Shown here in pieces: positions 20,498-33,991 of a stretch of DNA of 64,000 nt. This DNA comes from an uncultured Chloroflexia bacterium. GTDB lineage: Bacteria; Chloroflexota; Limnocylindria; Limnocylindrales; CSP1-4. Position numbers and translations under genes: made by a program. Under the pieces are notes generated by a model. That model did no database searches. It was not told where the DNA came from and was given only the letters and a program-made list of their open reading frames with translations. Location: contig CAVVYR010000007.1 of the NCBI GenBank assembly GCA_963752475.1, forward strand, positions 448,001 to 512,000, read 5' to 3'. The stretch's first letter is position 1. Every line of letters starts with the position of its first letter.

Positions 20498-22847
20498 ATG
20501 CCCGACTTCCGGATGCACGCGCCATATCAGCCGACCGGCGACCAGCCGCAGGCCATCGAGGCCCTGGCGCAGGGTATCCGCGCTGGCAAGAAGCACCAGG
20601 TCCTCCTGGGCGCGACCGGCACAGGCAAGACCGCCAGCGCATCCTGGCTCATCGAGCAGGTCAACAAGCCCACGCTGGTGCTGGCGCACAACAAGACGCT
20701 CGCGGCCCAGCTGTACAGCGAGTTCCGGGAGTTCTTCCCGGACAACGCCGTCGAGTACTTCGTCAGCTACTTCGACTACTACCAGCCGGAGGCCTACCTC
20801 CCGCGCAGCGACACGTACATCGAGAAGGACTCCAGCCGCAACGACGAGATCGACAAGCTGCGCCACGCGGCGACCCGGGCGCTGTTCGAGCGCAAGGACG
20901 TGATCATCGTGGCCTCGGTCTCGTGCATCTACGGCCTGGGCGCGCCGGTCGACTACGGCGCCACGGTCCTGCGGCTGCGGGTCGGTGGGCGCTATCGCCG
21001 TGACGGCGTGCTGCGTCAGCTGGTGGACCTGCAGTACTCGCGCAACGATCAGGCGCTCTCGAGGGCCAAGTTCCGTGTCCGTGGTGACACCCTGGAGCTG
21101 CAACCGGCCTACGACGACTTCATCGCCCGCGTCGAGTTCTTCGGCGACGAGGTCGAGCGGGTGACGGAGCTGGACCCGCTGACCGGCGAGGTGCTGGCCG
21201 AACGCAACGAGCTCAACGTCTACCCCGCGTCCCACTACGTCACGCCGCAGGAGAAGCTGGTCCTGGCCATCGATGACATCGACAAGGAGATGGAGGGGCG
21301 CACCGCGGAGCTCGAGAAGAAGGGCATGGTGCTGGAGGCGGAGCGGCTGCGCCAGCGCACGACCTTCGACCTCGAGATGATGCGCGAGCTGGGCTTCTGC
21401 TCCGGCATCGAGAACTACTCCCGGCACCTCGCCCGTCGCGAGGCCGGTTCGCGTCCGTGGACGCTGCTCGACTACTTCCCACCCGACTGGCTGCTGGTCG
21501 TGGACGAAAGCCACATGACCATCCCCCAGGTCGCCGGCATGTACAAGAACGACCGAACGCGCAAGGAGGTCCTCGTCGACTTCGGTTTCCGGCTGCCCTC
21601 GGCGCTGGACAACCGGCCGCTGACGTTCGAGGAGTGGGAAGCCCATCTCGACCAGGTCGTGCACATGAGCGCCACTCCCGGCCCGTGGGAGCTGCAGCGA
21701 TCGGAGGGCGTGGTGGAGCAGCTCATCCGCCCCACCGGCATCATCGACCCGTCGATCGAGGTCCGGCCCACGGAGGGTCAGATCGACGACCTCATCGACC
21801 GCATCAAGGAGCGCGTCGATCGCGGCGAGCGCGTGCTGGCCACCACCCTCACCAAGCGCATGGCCGAGGACCTCGCCGACTACCTCCACGAGATGGGCGT
21901 GAAGGTGTCGTACCTGCACAGCGAGGTGGACACGCTCGAGCGGGTGCAGATCCTGCGCGACCTGCGCCTCGGCGTCTATGACGTGCTCGTGGGCATCAAC
22001 CTGCTGCGCGAGGGCATCGACCTGCCGGAGGTCACGCTGGTGGCCATCCTCGATGCGGACAAGGAAGGCTTCCTGCGCAGTGCCTGGTCGCTCATCCAGG
22101 TCATCGGGCGCGCTGCCCGCAACACCAGCGGCGAGGTCGTGATGTACGCCGACCGGGTCACCGAGTCGATGCGGGTGGCCATCGACGAGACCGACCGTCG
22201 TCGTGGGATCCAGCAGGCCTACAACGAGGAACACGGCATCGAGCCGCAGACGATCGTCAAGGAGATCCGCGATATCAACGACCGGCTGGCTGCTGTGGCG
22301 CAGTCTTCGGGAGCCTCGGGCGGCGGCGAGAAGGAGCTTTCCGAGCTGAGCCAGTCACAGATCGAGAAGATGGTCTGCTCAGCTCGAGGCAGAGATGAAG
22401 AACGCGGCCAAGCAACTCGAGTTCGAGCGGGCCGCCGCGTTGCGTGACGAGATCCAGGACATCCGCCTGCGCGTGCTGGAAGAGGACGCCTCGGTGGCCG
22501 TGCTCAAGAAGGCGGAGAAGGCCGCCACCACGGAGAAGCGCTCGACGCCCACGGCCAAGCCGTCAGAGCGTGCGGCTGCGCGGAAGGCCGGCGAACGGCG
22601 AGGACGACGAGAGGCCGCAGAGGAGTCGGCGCTGGAAGTGACCGAGGTCAAGGTCCTGCCGGCTGGTGAAGAGCCCGTCGAGATCGACGAGGGCACCGCG
22701 GCGGACGTCTTCCCCGGCATCAAGGATGCGCACGAGGATGACGACGAGGGCTGGATGGCGCGCTGGCTGGAGAAGCCCACCTGGGACCGCCGGGTGACGC
22801 CCAACGTCATCAAGCGGACAGGGGCGCGACCCAGGAGGCGACGATGA
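20498..22847 (+). CDS. uvrB: Excinuclease ABC subunit B (1-nt insertion near 22376 splits off the C-terminal UVR domain)
   Basis: [22 protein letters not shown] and [13 protein letters not shown]; the second frame continues with [21 protein letters not shown]. Confidence 0.95.
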
Positions 22848-22871
22848 GCAGCACGCGGCGCCGCACGAGAA

Positions 22872-22899
22872 GCGGGGGCCGCGTCTCCGCGGCCCCCGT
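22872..22899. terminator. GC-rich hairpin between convergent genes
   Basis: GCGGGGGCCGCG-TCTC-CGCGGCCCCCGT. Confidence 0.65.
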
Positions 22900-22927
22900 T
22901 GGGTCTCGATCGAGGTCTGAGTAGAGC

Positions 22928-23617
22928 CTAGTCCTTGGCCGTGTCTCCGTCGGCCTGCTTGGCCGCTTCGGTGATGTCCTTGGCGGTCTCCTCATCGACG
23001 TCCGCGGTGGTCACCTTGGTGGCCTCGGGGACCTGCGCCTTCACCGCCTCAACGTCGACCCTGTGGACGAGGGCGATGATGCCGGAGTGGTTGGGCTCGA
23101 GCGCGCCGTCGAGCACGTTCGAGACCTGGTGTCGATGGTGCAGGTTCCGCAGCTTGCCCAGCACGCCACCAGCGACACCCCAGCCCACGACGGAGCCGAT
23201 GATGGCGGGCGGGAAGAGGATGCCCACCGCGAGGCCGGCGGCCGCGCCCCACTTCACGCCGGTCTTGGTGCTGTGCTCGGTGAGCTTGTCGATGTTGATC
23301 TTGCCCTGGTCGTCGGCATGGGCGGTGAGCACGCCGTCGATGCGCAGGATGCCCTGGACGTCTGCCTCGAGCAGTGCGAGGTAGGCCGCGTTGGCCGCCT
23401 GGTCATCTGCGAAGTCGGCCACCAACACCGTGTTGAAGTAGTCGGTATCCATGGCCGCGACGGCCTTCACGCCGGTCTCGTCACCGACGGCTGCGACCAC
23501 GGTCGCACCGTGCGGGTCGGCCTCTCCGGCGACCACGGCGCCGACGGTCTGCTCCGAGACTTCGGACTCGGAAGCCGGCTCGTCGGCCGAGCCGGCCTGC
23601 TTCTGCTCTTCGCTCAT
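22928..23617 (-). CDS. DUF1269-like membrane protein
   Basis: Gly-zipper GVKWGAAAGLAVGILFPPAIIG and LEPNHSGIIAL. Confidence 0.75.
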   Translation of the reverse strand: MSEEQKQAGSADEPASESEVSEQTVGAVVAGEADPHGATVVAAVGDETGVKAVAAMDTDYFNTVLVADFADDQAANAAYLALLEADVQGILRIDGVLTAHADDQGKINIDKLTEHSTKTGVKWGAAAGLAVGILFPPAIIGSVVGWGVAGGVLGKLRNLHHRHQVSNVLDGALEPNHSGIIALVHRVDVEAVKAQVPEATKVTTADVDEETAKDITEAAKQADGDTAKD

Positions 23618-23733
23618 CTGTACTCCATTCGCTATGGGGGCGGGTCGATGGCGTCGATTCTAGGTGTGTCAGCGCTTTCGCGACCGTGGCGCGTGGCGTC
23701 AAGGACGTCGATACCACCGCCTCGGACCTCGGG

Positions 23734-25479
23734 CTAGGGGCCGGTCGCGGCGTCCGGCGCCGGGTCTGTGGTCGATCGATCGCCGGCGGCCGCGCGCTCC
23801 TCTTGCATGTCGAAGACCGTCTGGATGGGATCGCGCCGGCCGATGAGGAACCAGGCCAGGACCGCTCCGAGGATGCCGACGATACCGCTCAGGATCAGCG
23901 CCGCGATCACGCCATCGAGATAGGCCACCGAGTAGGCCGCGCCCTTGATGGGTTCGGCGCCCTCCAGCGTGGCGGCGTAGACCTCGCGGAAGCGGGGCGT
24001 GCCCAGCGACTGCAGCGTGAGCTCGAACTCGGCCACGAGCGCATCCGCGTTCGCCGGCTCCCTTCGCTCAGCGATCCCTCTGGCGCTCGCCACGGCGGTG
24101 GTGGCCAGCAGGGTCGTCGCGGCCACGATGCCGATGCGAGAGCCCAGACCTACTGATGCCTCGTTGATGGCCGCGGCCGAGGCCGGCAGACCGCGAGGGG
24201 TGCTGGCGAAGACGATGGCGGTGCGGACCGTGGTCCCGAGCACGAAGCCTGCGCCGATGAGCACGAGCGGGCCGATGAAGAGCAGGTAGTGTGCAGCGTT
24301 GAGCACGGCTCGAGCCGTGGAGGGGTTGTCCTGGTAGAACTCGCGGGTGAAGCCGACGATGATGAGGAGCACGCCCGCGAGGAGGACGTTGGCGACGCCC
24401 ACGGCCAGCGTCCCCGAGGCCATGATCCCGCGTGGACCGAAGCGGCGGAGCAGGATGCCCGCGATGGGACCTGCGACAAGGAGCGCGACGGCGAAGGGTG
24501 CGATGGCGAAGATGGCGAAGAGCGTGCCGTAGTCGAGCGGGTATTCGAAGACGACCGGCAGCAGCATGAGCGGGACCGCCTGCGCGAAGCCGATGGCCAC
24601 GCCCACCGCGAGCGCCGCTCCAAGGGCCCGTCGGTCCAGGCGCAGGGCCTCGACCGCCTCAGCCGTCCGCGCTCGCCGCCAGCCGAGCGTGGCAAGGCCG
24701 AGGGCGCCGGCCACGATGAGCACGAGCGGGATGGCCAGGCCGCCTTCCCCGCCGATGGCCACGATGCCGCTGACGATGGCGAGCACGGACATCGACCAGA
24801 TGGCCACGCCGGCCACGAGCAGCGGACTCGCGGGCAGGCTGCCGGGGATGCGCGGGATGTAGCGGTAGGCGGCCCAGAGGGCCACACCCGCGGCCACGAC
24901 CGTGAGGCTGTAGGCCAGCCACGTATCGAACACGAACGTCGAGGGCACACCCGGCTGCTGGCTCGGGATCAGGCGCGGGAAGAGCGTGAGGACCGCCGGT
25001 GATGCAGCCGTTCCGGCGCCGAACGCGGCGTACACGAAGCCGAGAGCGGTCGCTCGCGGGATGCCGTCGTAGGCGATGGCTACCGAGCCGATGCCGTACG
25101 TCAGCACGAGCCCCGAGGCTGCGACGCCGATGAAGTTCGTCGCGTAGAAGATGGGTCCGCTGTCGAACACGATGGCCACCAGCGAGCTGGCCGCGATCGT
25201 CGCGAGGCCACCCACCAGCAGCCACCGCTGGCGCAGGACGTCGCTGGCGAGGCCGCCGAGGATGATGGTGGCGGTCGAGGCGAAAGCCAACAGCAGGAGC
25301 AGGTTCTGCAGTTCCGGCTGCGCCCGCAGCGCCTCCTGCGCCGTGGGCAAGCCGGGGGAGAGCACGCGTGGGACCAGCCCGACGGCGAAGAGCGCCAGCG
25401 CGCCGGCGATGAGGATCCCGCGCTGACGAGGGTCGTCGACTACCTCGCGAACGAATTCGGGCAGCTTCAGGCGGCTCAT
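23734..25479 (-). CDS. MFS transporter
   Basis: About 14 hydrophobic helices; GLASDVLRQR and GILLRRFGPR resemble MFS motif A loops. Confidence 0.85.
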   Translation of the reverse strand: MSRLKLPEFVREVVDDPRQRGILIAGALALFAVGLVPRVLSPGLPTAQEALRAQPELQNLLLLLAFASTATIILGGLASDVLRQRWLLVGGLATIAASSLVAIVFDSGPIFYATNFIGVAASGLVLTYGIGSVAIAYDGIPRATALGFVYAAFGAGTAASPAVLTLFPRLIPSQQPGVPSTFVFDTWLAYSLTVVAAGVALWAAYRYIPRIPGSLPASPLLVAGVAIWSMSVLAIVSGIVAIGGEGGLAIPLVLIVAGALGLATLGWRRARTAEAVEALRLDRRALGAALAVGVAIGFAQAVPLMLLPVVFEYPLDYGTLFAIFAIAPFAVALLVAGPIAGILLRRFGPRGIMASGTLAVGVANVLLAGVLLIIVGFTREFYQDNPSTARAVLNAAHYLLFIGPLVLIGAGFVLGTTVRTAIVFASTPRGLPASAAAINEASVGLGSRIGIVAATTLLATTAVASARGIAERREPANADALVAEFELTLQSLGTPRFREVYAATLEGAEPIKGAAYSVAYLDGVIAALILSGIVGILGAVLAWFLIGRRDPIQTVFDMQEERAAAGDRSTTDPAPDAATGP

Positions 25480-25689
25480 CCGCGCATGGTAGCGAGCGCG
25501 TGACGGTGCAGGGTGGCCGGAAGGGCCGCATCGACCGGCGGGTGGGGCCTCGGTCTAGCCTTCTTCCCCACTCCGGTCGGCGGCGGACGCTTCACCGGCA
25601 TCAGTACCTGCACCGGTAGCAGCCGCCTTCCGCCGTGCTTCGATCGTGCGTACGGCAGCATGGAACACAAACGGTCTCCACCGCGTGGC

Positions 25690-25840
25690 GCCATCGCACG
25701 GGCCACGGCCTCCTCGATACGACCGCGCGCGAGTGGATCGGTGGCATCCCCTGGTGGGCGCCACAACGACGTGGTTGGCGGATCGCCGTGCTCTTCATGG
25801 TCGGCTCGCTCTGCTTCGCGCTGGGTTCGGTCCCTGATGG
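25690..25840 (+). pseudogene. Truncated N-terminal fragment of a YrhK-like membrane protein
   Basis: WWAPQRRGWRIAVLFMVGSLCFALGSVP, after which protein-like sequence ends abruptly. Confidence 0.5.
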
Positions 25841-25939
25841 GTCGCCGGCTGTGCGACGGAGCGCTGACGGCCGACCCGGGCCACCGCGGCCTCGGTACCG
25901 TAGGCAAGGCAACGTCCCCGCAGCACAAGGAGGCCACGC

Positions 25940-26707
25940 ATGACCGCCGACTATGAAGCCGCCGCGATCCCCTGGAACAGCCAGACCGAGGACGGTCAGG
26001 TCCTGCTCGGGATGCCTTGGGAGATCTTCGTGCTGGGTTGTGCGCTGATGTCGATCTTCAACCTGGTGCTGGCGATCATCTTGCGCACCGATGACCTGAC
26101 CCAGGTCGTGACCGTCATGGACGGGATCCTGATCATCGTCTTCGCGATCGACTTCGCGCGAAGGATCAGGGTCGCGAACGACGACCGCGCCTATCTGGTG
26201 CAGGGACGTGGGTGGCTCGACCTCGTGAGCATCATCCCGGCGCTGCGCATCGCGCGCATCCTGCGGATCCTGCGCGTGACGCGCATCGTCGGTCGCATGG
26301 GTGGACTCGAACGGGCACTGGTCATCTTCTTTCGGAATCGGGCCACTGGCGGCCTGCTGCTGGTGGTGTTCATCGCCATCCTCGTGCTCGAGTTCGGGAG
26401 CCTGTCGGTCTTGGCGGCCGAGCGCCCGAACCCCGAGGCCAACATCACCACTGCCGGCGACGCCCTCTGGTACACCATCGTGACGATGTCGACGGTCGGC
26501 TATGGCGATCAATACCCGGTGACGCAGCTGGGGCGGGTCTTCGGCGTGCTCATCATCGTCGTGGGTGTGGGCGTGTTCGGCACTCTGACCGGCTTCCTGG
26601 CCAACGCCTTCCTGTCGCCCGCGGACGTGCACGCGGCGGACGCAGAGCTGGAAGCGGAGCCGCAGGCCAGCACCGAGCCAGGCGTCGCCTCCGGCGGCGA
26701 AGCGTGA
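25940..26707 (+). CDS. Voltage-gated-type potassium channel
   Basis: S4 segment LRIARILRILRVTR and selectivity filter TMSTVGYGD. Confidence 0.9.
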   Translation: MTADYEAAAIPWNSQTEDGQVLLGMPWEIFVLGCALMSIFNLVLAIILRTDDLTQVVTVMDGILIIVFAIDFARRIRVANDDRAYLVQGRGWLDLVSIIPALRIARILRILRVTRIVGRMGGLERALVIFFRNRATGGLLLVVFIAILVLEFGSLSVLAAERPNPEANITTAGDALWYTIVTMSTVGYGDQYPVTQLGRVFGVLIIVVGVGVFGTLTGFLANAFLSPADVHAADAELEAEPQASTEPGVASGGEA

Positions 26708-26753
26708 GCGGCGGATCTCAACGCCCTGTGCCTGCGACGTGAGGGCAGCGTTT

Positions 26754-26769
26754 TAGAACATCTGGTCTA
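26754..26769 (+). promoter_or_regulatory. LexA (SOS) box upstream of uvrA
   Basis: TAGAAC-ATCT-GGTCTA, one mismatch to GAAC-N4-GTTC, upstream of -10 TAGACT at 26786. Confidence 0.65.
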
Positions 26770-26797
26770 TGTAGGCAGTCTGCACTAGACTGGTGCC

Positions 26798-29797
<3,000 letters not shown>

Positions 29798-29819
29798 GCC
29801 AATCAGCCAGGAGGTGTCG

Positions 29820-30254
29820 ATGAACACCCGCATGATCCAGATGTCGCGCGTCGTGGATGCGCCGCCCGAGCGCGTGTACCGGGCATGGTCGGACGCCGAG
29901 ACCGTGCGCCAATGGCTGGCGTCGTCCGTCGAGGGCTCTCTCGTGCCCGGGTTGCGATCGTCGCTCATCTTCCCGCGGCACCGCATCGATGTCGATGTGC
30001 TGGAAGCGGATCCCAACTCACGCTTCAAGTTCCGCTGGACACACCCGCTCGACGATGGCATCGCGACCGAGGTCACGGTCGTCATCACGCCGATCGGCTA
30101 CGGCTCGAACGTCTCCCTGAGCGACGGGCCGTACGACGTCAGCGACGAGGCCATCCTCGACGAGTACGCGCGCGCCATCGAGATCTGGGCCGCCGCGCTG
30201 ACGCAGCTACGGGCCTCGGTCGACTACTCGGTCGACCTGCGCAGGGAGCGCTAG
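29820..30254 (+). CDS. SRPBCC/AHSA1-domain protein
   Basis: SRVVDAPPERVYRAWSD...QW and FRW motifs; RBS AGGAGG. Confidence 0.8.
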   Translation: MNTRMIQMSRVVDAPPERVYRAWSDAETVRQWLASSVEGSLVPGLRSSLIFPRHRIDVDVLEADPNSRFKFRWTHPLDDGIATEVTVVITPIGYGSNVSLSDGPYDVSDEAILDEYARAIEIWAAALTQLRASVDYSVDLRRER

Positions 30255-30484
30255 CGGGTCCCGACCAGCACTCGACCGGGCGCGTCGATCGCGTCTCAGC
30301 GTCGAGCCCCACGGTCAGCGTCCAGCCCCACGGTTTCACGCCCGCGCCGGAGGAGCCGAGTGCGCGGGCGTCGAGGAGGAACCGTGTCCCGATGGACTGC
30401 GGCAGACTCAGCCTGGACGGGTGGTGCCTGAGCGCACCATAGGTACTGTTGCGTACGGTCAACGCCCTACCGAGTCGGTCTGGC

Positions 30485-31147
30485 TCAGGCGGCCGCGGCG
30501 GCCTCGTCGAGGATCTCGAGCAGGCTGTCCGGACCGTGGAAGCCCCACTCCTGGGTGAAGACTTCGCCGTTCGCGTCCAGCACGATCAGCGGCGTCGAGG
30601 GTGCCGACAGGATCTGCGGACCGAAGAGGTCGCTGAACTCACGCGACAGCTCGGTCGACGACTTCGCGAACGTCCAGTCGAAACCGTTGCGCTCGGCGTA
30701 CTTGGCCAGAGCTCCGGCGTTCTCGCCAGGGTCGATGCCCAAGCTGATGTAGGTCACACCGGCGTCGGCGATGTCGGCGTAGGCGTCCTTCACGTTGTTC
30801 TGCTGCGCCTTGCAGTTGCTGCACCAGATGGCCATGGGCTCGATGGCCACGACGTCACCGGCAAGGCTGGCCAGGGTGAAGGTCTCGCCGCTCGCGGCGT
30901 CGGTGAGCTCGATGTCGAGGAAGGCCGCCCGCTCGACATCGGCTTCGGCCTCCGCTTCAGCTTCCGGCTCGGCGGCTGCGGTGGCCTCGGGTGCGGCCTC
31001 GGTCACGGCCTCCTGGGTGGCGGCGACGGTCTCCTCCGGCGCCGGCTCGGCCGTCTCGTTGGCGGCGGTCGTGCAGGCGGCGACGATGAAGGGTGCGGCG
31101 ACGAGCACACCCAGCAGGCGGCGGGAAGGCGCGGGGATACGGTTCAC
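30485..31147 (-). CDS. Thioredoxin-like (TlpA/redoxin) lipoprotein
   Basis: Lipobox IVAAC, WCSNC active site and STPLIVLDANG. Confidence 0.82.
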   Translation of the reverse strand: MNRIPAPSRRLLGVLVAAPFIVAACTTAANETAEPAPEETVAATQEAVTEAAPEATAAAEPEAEAEAEADVERAAFLDIELTDAASGETFTLASLAGDVVAIEPMAIWCSNCKAQQNNVKDAYADIADAGVTYISLGIDPGENAGALAKYAERNGFDWTFAKSSTELSREFSDLFGPQILSAPSTPLIVLDANGEVFTQEWGFHGPDSLLEILDEAAAAA

Positions 31148-31254
31148 GAACGGGTCTCCTTGGCTGAGGTCGAGGCCCAGCCTACGGCGTCGTCCGTGAC
31201 GGTCCTGTGTCACGGACTCCTGTGAGTGCCGCGGAGTGTGACCATCCGATGACC

Positions 31255-32010
31255 TCAGCGCGCGCCGGCGACCCAGCCGACGAGCTGCTGCCACATGGGC
31301 TCGTAGCCCTCCCATCCCACGAACGGTGGCGGGCACCAGTGCGGTCCGCAATCCGAGGTGAAGGCGGCACCGCGACCGCTGCCGAACGTGCCGGCCACGA
31401 TGAGCGGATCGTCTCCGACGGTCACGACGAGGTCCGCGCCGTCCTTGGGCGAGACCCGGTTGTAGCCGAGCAGGTCGGGCCATGCCGACGGCAAGCCGAC
31501 CACGATGGGATGGTCGGGCTGGCGCACAGCCGGCTTCACCCCCGCGGGTGACTCTGCGCGATCGTCGGTCGTGGCGATGGTCACAGGCAGGGCCTCCTCG
31601 ACGGGCGTGCCCGCCCAGCGCGCCTTGCCTTCGATGCCGGCGAAGGTGAGGTAGCCGCCGACCATGAGGAGACCGCCGCCGGCCTCGACGTACTCGGCGA
31701 TGGCGGCGATCCGATCGGGGCGTGGGGCCGAGCGCGCGAACGTCTCCGGATGCAACAGCAGCGTGTTGGCCCCGATGTCGCTGAGGACCACCGCGGCGTA
31801 GTCAGCCAGGGCCGCGGCCGTGTCGGGGAAGTCCGTGGCTGCGACATGGTTGGGTAGGTATACGACCTCGAAGCCGCCAGCTTCGAGCGCGGCACTCAGG
31901 GGACCGACGCCCTCCTCGTACGCGGTGGTGGTGAAGGAGTCGAAGCCCTTCTGGTGGATGCTGTGCGTGACCCAGGATTCGCCTGCGATGAGGACGCGCT
32001 GCTTGCTCAT
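31255..32010 (-). CDS. Glutamine amidotransferase-like protein (DUF1355 family)
   Basis: LIAGESW, KGFDSF, LSDIGANTLLL, GGGLLMVGGYLTF and SDCGPHW. Confidence 0.85.
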   Translation of the reverse strand: MSKQRVLIAGESWVTHSIHQKGFDSFTTTAYEEGVGPLSAALEAGGFEVVYLPNHVAATDFPDTAAALADYAAVVLSDIGANTLLLHPETFARSAPRPDRIAAIAEYVEAGGGLLMVGGYLTFAGIEGKARWAGTPVEEALPVTIATTDDRAESPAGVKPAVRQPDHPIVVGLPSAWPDLLGYNRVSPKDGADLVVTVGDDPLIVAGTFGSGRGAAFTSDCGPHWCPPPFVGWEGYEPMWQQLVGWVAGAR

Positions 32011-32034
32011 CGCTCGATGGTAGCCCCGCCGTGG

Positions 32035-33621
32035 TCAGTCGAGCTCGGCCGGGTCGAAGGCCTCGAGTACGAAGGTCGACGGTGCGCCGGGGTCGTAGAC
32101 GATCGTGAGGGTCTTGCGAGCTCGGGTCCACGCGACGTACGCGAGCCGGCGTTCTTCCTCGAGCACGCGTCGCGGGTCGTCTGCCTCGCGAAGCGCGCGG
32201 CCTGACGGGAAGGCACCGTCGTCGTGGCCGATGCAGGCGACGTGCTCCCACTCCAGGCCCTTGGTCCCGTGAGCCGTGGCGAGGGTGAGCGAGGCATCGT
32301 CGCGCCGGAGCTCCGCGATGGCTGTCTTCCGTGCCGCGATGGCAGCCAGGAGTGCATCGAGGTGCTCGAAGCCGGCGGCCCAGCCCAGCAGGTCGGTCGT
32401 GACGTCCTGGTCCAGGTCGTGCTCGAAGGCGGCACGGGCGATGGCCGGGAGCAACGGTAGCGCGGGTGCGACGCGTGCGAGCGCTTCCTCGACCGAGGCC
32501 TCCGGCCAGCGCAGACCGTCCTCCTCCACGCGGAAGGGCAGTCCCAGCTCAAGGGCCACGGCAGCGAACGGCACCAGCTCGCGGTTCGTGCGGGCCAGCA
32601 CCGCGTGCCGCTCGTCAGCCGGCTGTCTCGCCCAGGTCATGAGCAGCAGCCGTGCCCGGGCCACCTCGTCGCCCGGGTCGGGCAGCAGGTGGACCGAGCC
32701 GGAGTTGCGCGGAGACGATCGGATGCGTTTGGCGAAGCGCTCCTCGTTGTGTTCCACGAGCCGAGCGGCGCGATGCACCACCTCCGGAGCACAGCGGTGG
32801 TTGGTCTCGAGGTCGACGCGGCGCAGCCCCGGCAGCCGCGCGGCCAGGCCGAGGACGCGTCGCACATCGGCGAGCCGCCATGCGTAGATGGTCTGGTCGT
32901 CATCCCCGACGAGGAAGATGTCGCGACGTTCACCGCTGAGCAGCAGGGCCAGCTCGAGCTGGGTGCGGTCGAGATCCTGTGCCTCGTCGACGAAGAGCAC
33001 GGCGGCTCGCCCTCGCCATCGATGGAGGAGCGCGGCATCCGCCCTCAGTGCCGGACCCGCCAGGGCCACCAGATCGTCGAGGTCGATCGAGCCGGTGTCC
33101 CGCAGGCGTCCCTGGTAGGCCTCGAACGCTGCGTGTGTCTCGTGGTCGTCGCCGGGCGGACCGCGCTCAGGGTCGAGCTTGAGCCTGGTGAAGCTGTCGT
33201 CGAGGTGGCGGAGCTGGGCTGGCGGCAGCTCGCCTCCGGCCAGCTCGGCAAGGACGGCGTGGCGCTCCGCGATGCGCGAGACGTCCGTGCCGGCATCGGC
33301 GAGGATCTCCCGGCCGAGAGCATGGAACGTCCGCACCCGCGCCGTGCCCGCCTCGCGACCCAGCTCCTCGAGCGCGGCGTCGGCACGCTCCTGCAACTCC
33401 TCGGCTGCCGCTCGGTTGAACGTGAGCGCGCAGATGGTGGCCGGTTCCGCGCCTGTGGCTACCCGCCACGCCAACCGGGCGACGACGGTCGTGGTCTTGC
33501 CCGACCCCGCCGGTGCCACGCACAGCACCGGACCAGGGTCCGCTGTCGCGGCCGCTCGCTGGTCCGGCGCCAATCGCTCGAGCCGTGCCTCGACGGGTGC
33601 TGGCAGGTGAACCGATGCCAT
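32035..33621 (-). CDS. Compact UvrD/Rep-family SF1 helicase
   Basis: APAGSGKT, DEAQD, VGDDDQTIYAWR, TAHGTKGLEW and EERRLAYVAWTRA. Confidence 0.9.
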   Translation of the reverse strand: MASVHLPAPVEARLERLAPDQRAAATADPGPVLCVAPAGSGKTTTVVARLAWRVATGAEPATICALTFNRAAAEELQERADAALEELGREAGTARVRTFHALGREILADAGTDVSRIAERHAVLAELAGGELPPAQLRHLDDSFTRLKLDPERGPPGDDHETHAAFEAYQGRLRDTGSIDLDDLVALAGPALRADAALLHRWRGRAAVLFVDEAQDLDRTQLELALLLSGERRDIFLVGDDDQTIYAWRLADVRRVLGLAARLPGLRRVDLETNHRCAPEVVHRAARLVEHNEERFAKRIRSSPRNSGSVHLLPDPGDEVARARLLLMTWARQPADERHAVLARTNRELVPFAAVALELGLPFRVEEDGLRWPEASVEEALARVAPALPLLPAIARAAFEHDLDQDVTTDLLGWAAGFEHLDALLAAIAARKTAIAELRRDDASLTLATAHGTKGLEWEHVACIGHDDGAFPSGRALREADDPRRVLEEERRLAYVAWTRARKTLTIVYDPGAPSTFVLEAFDPAELD

Positions 33622-33645
33622 GGCCGCAAGGGTGGCGAGCGGCCC

Positions 33646-33837
33646 TTAGCGCTCGCTTATCCCTCTTCGTCGTCCGGCTCGTCCGGACGCAGGCGGAGGC
33701 CCACCAGGATGGCGCCGGCCGCCACGGCGAACCCGACCACCGATGAGAGCGGAATCGGGCAGGCCCGAGCTCACGAGCAGGCCGAACAGCCCGAGGGCGA
33801 TGGCTGCGAAGCCGAGCTTGAGGACGAGGTCACGCAT
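33646..33837 (-). CDS. Small hypothetical membrane protein
   Basis: MRDLVLKLGFAAIALGLFGLLV hydrophobic N-terminus; the C-terminus may be frameshifted. Confidence 0.4.
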   Translation of the reverse strand: MRDLVLKLGFAAIALGLFGLLVSSGLPDSALIGGRVRRGGRRHPGGPPPASGRAGRRRGISER

Positions 33838-33991
33838 GAAGGCGCCCAGCCTGACACAGGCATCGTCGAGGCAAGGATGCCGCAGGGCTTGGAACGGAGT
33901 CGATGCGGTACTACCATCGTGTGCATGGGGGCGCCGCGAGCAATTCCAGACGCTCGGGGGCGTCCACTACATCAGAGGAGGATGCACCCCT

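Noticed and set aside
30255-30480. Possible small gene or remnant between the SRPBCC and redoxin genes
   Set aside because: No convincing start, motif or recognisable homology.
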